Source of the DNA: Macrostomum lignano
Lineage: Eukaryota
Reading direction: 5' to 3'
DNA: 64,000 nt
Assembly (NCBI GenBank): GCA_002269645.1
Contig: NIVC01001810.1
Span: forward strand, 170,752 to 234,751
The position numbers and the translations under genes are program-made. Every line of letters starts with the position of its first letter. Positions within the stretch are counted from its first letter, which is position 1. Below are positions 61,507 through 64,000 of this stretch, in pieces. The notes below the pieces were generated by a model. That model ran no database searches and was not told where the DNA came from. It saw only the letters and a program-made list of their open reading frames with translations.

Positions 61507-62757
61507 AGTATTTGTCAATGTCTTTTTTCGAAAATAAGTGGCATTTTTACTTGAAATAAATTATTTTTGTTGAACGCGAAAGCAGAAGCTCTCTCGCCCT
61601 TTTATCGATGTATTTTCTCTCAGCATTTTGTCCAGGATGTTGACAAATTCTTTTCTATTCTCGTCTTTCATTCCGGTCTTTGCCGCTCCTAGAAGAACCG
61701 CTACTCGCTTGTAGATTTCAGCTATTCCTTTTCCAGATTTGGGTGGTTGGTCTTGGGGTTGTGGAGTTGGTTGGGCTTGTGGCTGCTGGGGAGGTGATCA
61801 AAAGACTGCTCACTTTCAGAGATGGAACTGTCATGTGGCGCCTGTCTTTGTTGAGGTGTGAAAACTCTTTGCTTGATTCTGTTCATTCGATCTGGAGAGT
61901 GTTGTCTAAGTTGTTCCAGTCTGTTGGGTGATCATTTTTATACTTAGCTACTTGAGTCGGATCTGCATTTTCAGTTGCCTGAGTACTTGTTCTTCTGTGA
62001 AATGTTGCTGCTGTTGTGCGTTGCTGTTGTTGCTGTTGTTTTGTTGTTGTTGTCTTATGACCTCTTCCTGATCCGGCAACCAAACCATTGTTTAAAGTAT
62101 TTGTATTTTCTAAATCTGTTCAAGACAATCCCGTTTTCATGTAAAATTTCAAAACACCGTTGTTCTTGAGCATATCTATATCCCTATCGAGAGCAAAGGT
62201 AACAAGATCTTTTAATTTTTGAGCTGCTTTTTAGACGTATTCTCTAGATTTTTAGTCATGTAATCAAGTAAAGTTTGAGTGAACTGGATTCTTTTAGTTT
62301 TTGCGCCTTTATGATTGAAATGTTTTCCTTTGTCACTTCAATGTTGTAATCCACCGGTTCCTTGGTAATTCTTTTTCGCCAGGCGCTAATTCCAAAAATA
62401 TATTTTCCATCATCCACTACGGGCCAAAAAAGTTATCCGTCACTTTCATCTGCACGGTTGTCCGGTTCCTGAGCCTGGTGTTGTCCTGGTGAAGATGGGA
62501 TTTTACCCAATGTGTTTTGCAAGTGGCTCTCTTGAATATCATCAACTGCTTCCTTCACAGTGTCGAGGTTTTTCTTCGCTTCTGTGTATCCGGGTTTGTG
62601 AAATTCGGTGGCTGCTTGGACAAACTCATTGTAGGATTGTTGCTCCTTATTTAATTAGCCCGGTAACTCGTTTCTCTGCTTGTGCTAGTCTCCAATTCAG
62701 ATATCTGCTGTGTACTTTTTCGCTTCATTTCTTATTTTATTTTATTTTAGTTAAAAA

Positions 62758-64000
62758 ATGAACGACCCACTGACACCAGTTTTCTACAAAATTAACAAGC
62801 CTATTTTGAGTGATGATAGCACAATCAAAGCGACTCAGGTAAGAGTTCCCAGTCAGAAAATCAGAATGAAACTAATCTTGGTCCTGGCCAAACACTGACA
62901 TTTACATACAATGGATGTTCGTCTTTGTTAGTGTGCACAGTCTTAAGAGCGGCTTCCATATGACATTTCAATTCAAGACAAAGGGTGGTGCGGATGCGGC
63001 TCGTGCTAACGTTGACAAGCATGATGCGGATGTGGCTCTGATCAGCAACTTTTGGGCGTACATGTTCAAGGAGTTTAGTGTATCGAATGGGAGCACTGAG
63101 TTGGAGCGAATCGCCAACTTTGGAATTGTCTATGACGCTCATTGTTTGATCGAGAATCCTGATTTTATTCAGTTGGAAGTGGTGCGGGTTTTATCGCAGA
63201 TGAAAAAGAAGGAGACACCAATGACAGTGGCTATAAAAAGAGGAAGAAGAGATACAACTATGCATTGCAAGGTGCAGATGATGCTGCTAAAAACCCGCTG
63301 TACGGTCTGTTGATGTATTTGTACCACTGAGATTCATGAGTGGATTCTGTAATACATTTAATCGACTGACTAGTAACTTTAGCTACACCTTTAGGATGAC
63401 TAGAGAATCGCAGTAGAGTGTTGTGGACTGGGGCGGATCACACAAGGATGGAGGTGAAGCTAACCGGAATCGAGCTGTATTTGGAAGTCATTGAGCCAAA
63501 GACTGCACTAAAAGCGGATTATCTTAAGGCAATAGAGAAGGACATTGATGTTGCATACACGGCCTACATGTGTCGAGATGAGCGAAACGAAACTAGAAAC
63601 AAACATCTGCATTAAAGAGGGATCATGCAGCAATCCACGGTATATTATTATTAACATGAGAAACCAAATAGCATTATACGCTACATGCATGGAGACGTGC
63701 GGTCCATTCAGCATGAAATCAGTGATAATCTTTACCCTGCACTGCCACAAAATGGAGATTTCAGTCAGAACAAGATTAGCAAATTTTACAGCGAGTTGGT
63801 CGACTTGGCTGTGAAAGAGAACAATGGAATTGCTATCACTGCTCTTCAATATGGAACTCTATATCCGATGTTTGGCGCTGATGTGTCTGCCAGACAAATG
63901 CCTACTGATAACAGCCCTGTGAAAATCGTGACTAAACATTGAAGGACTCGCAACACCGTGGACCTGTACATTATCTATGCATTTGAGAGAAGGTGAAGCT
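62758..64000 (+). pseudogene. Polinton major capsid protein (double jelly-roll, hexon-like), frameshifted, runs off the window
   Basis: DDSTIK, NLGPGQTLTF, LYPALPQNGDFSQNKISKFYSE and YPMFGADVSARQ match the Polinton MCP pattern from recall; position and size also fit. Confidence 0.7.

Larger units (their letters stand above)
49636..64000. mobile_element. Polinton/Maverick (adintovirus-like) element, right end outside the window
   Basis: Integrase, protein-primed PolB, adenain-like protease, packaging ATPase and major capsid protein in one block. The left junction begins AGTAG..., consistent with Polinton 5'-AG termini. Confidence 0.92.

Overview
This is animal genomic DNA with GC-rich exons, spliceosomal introns and many minisatellites. 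The style suggests a flatworm such as Macrostomum, but that is an inference only. Left to right: (1) an intact 5-exon type II glutamine synthetase with two alternative first coding exons, followed by a 2.2 kb (CTAA)n array. (2) A minus-strand cluster of three ankyrin-repeat (ANK) genes. Each large ANK exon ends in a phase-2 donor that joins in frame to an effector exon: a MAP3K/STE-like kinase in two copies, and apparently a caspase in the third, where only a 41-bp stump of the kinase exon remains. The ANK repeats have near-identical frameworks but vary at the predicted binding-surface positions, suggesting a diversified sensor-effector (immune-like) family. This is the best candidate for an undescribed system here. 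(3) An orphan DDR-like tyrosine kinase exon. (4) Three Ty3/gypsy elements (one nearly complete with 142-bp LTRs), a hAT MITE, a piggyBac relic and a tRNA-like head. (5) A decayed Polinton/Maverick relic. (6) A large adintovirus-like Polinton that interrupts the third ANK gene at about 49.6 kb and runs off the window, encoding PLA2-like protein, integrase, pX-like protein, pPolB, protease, ATPase and major capsid protein. All gene models were spliced by eye, and family assignments come from motif recognition, not database searches.
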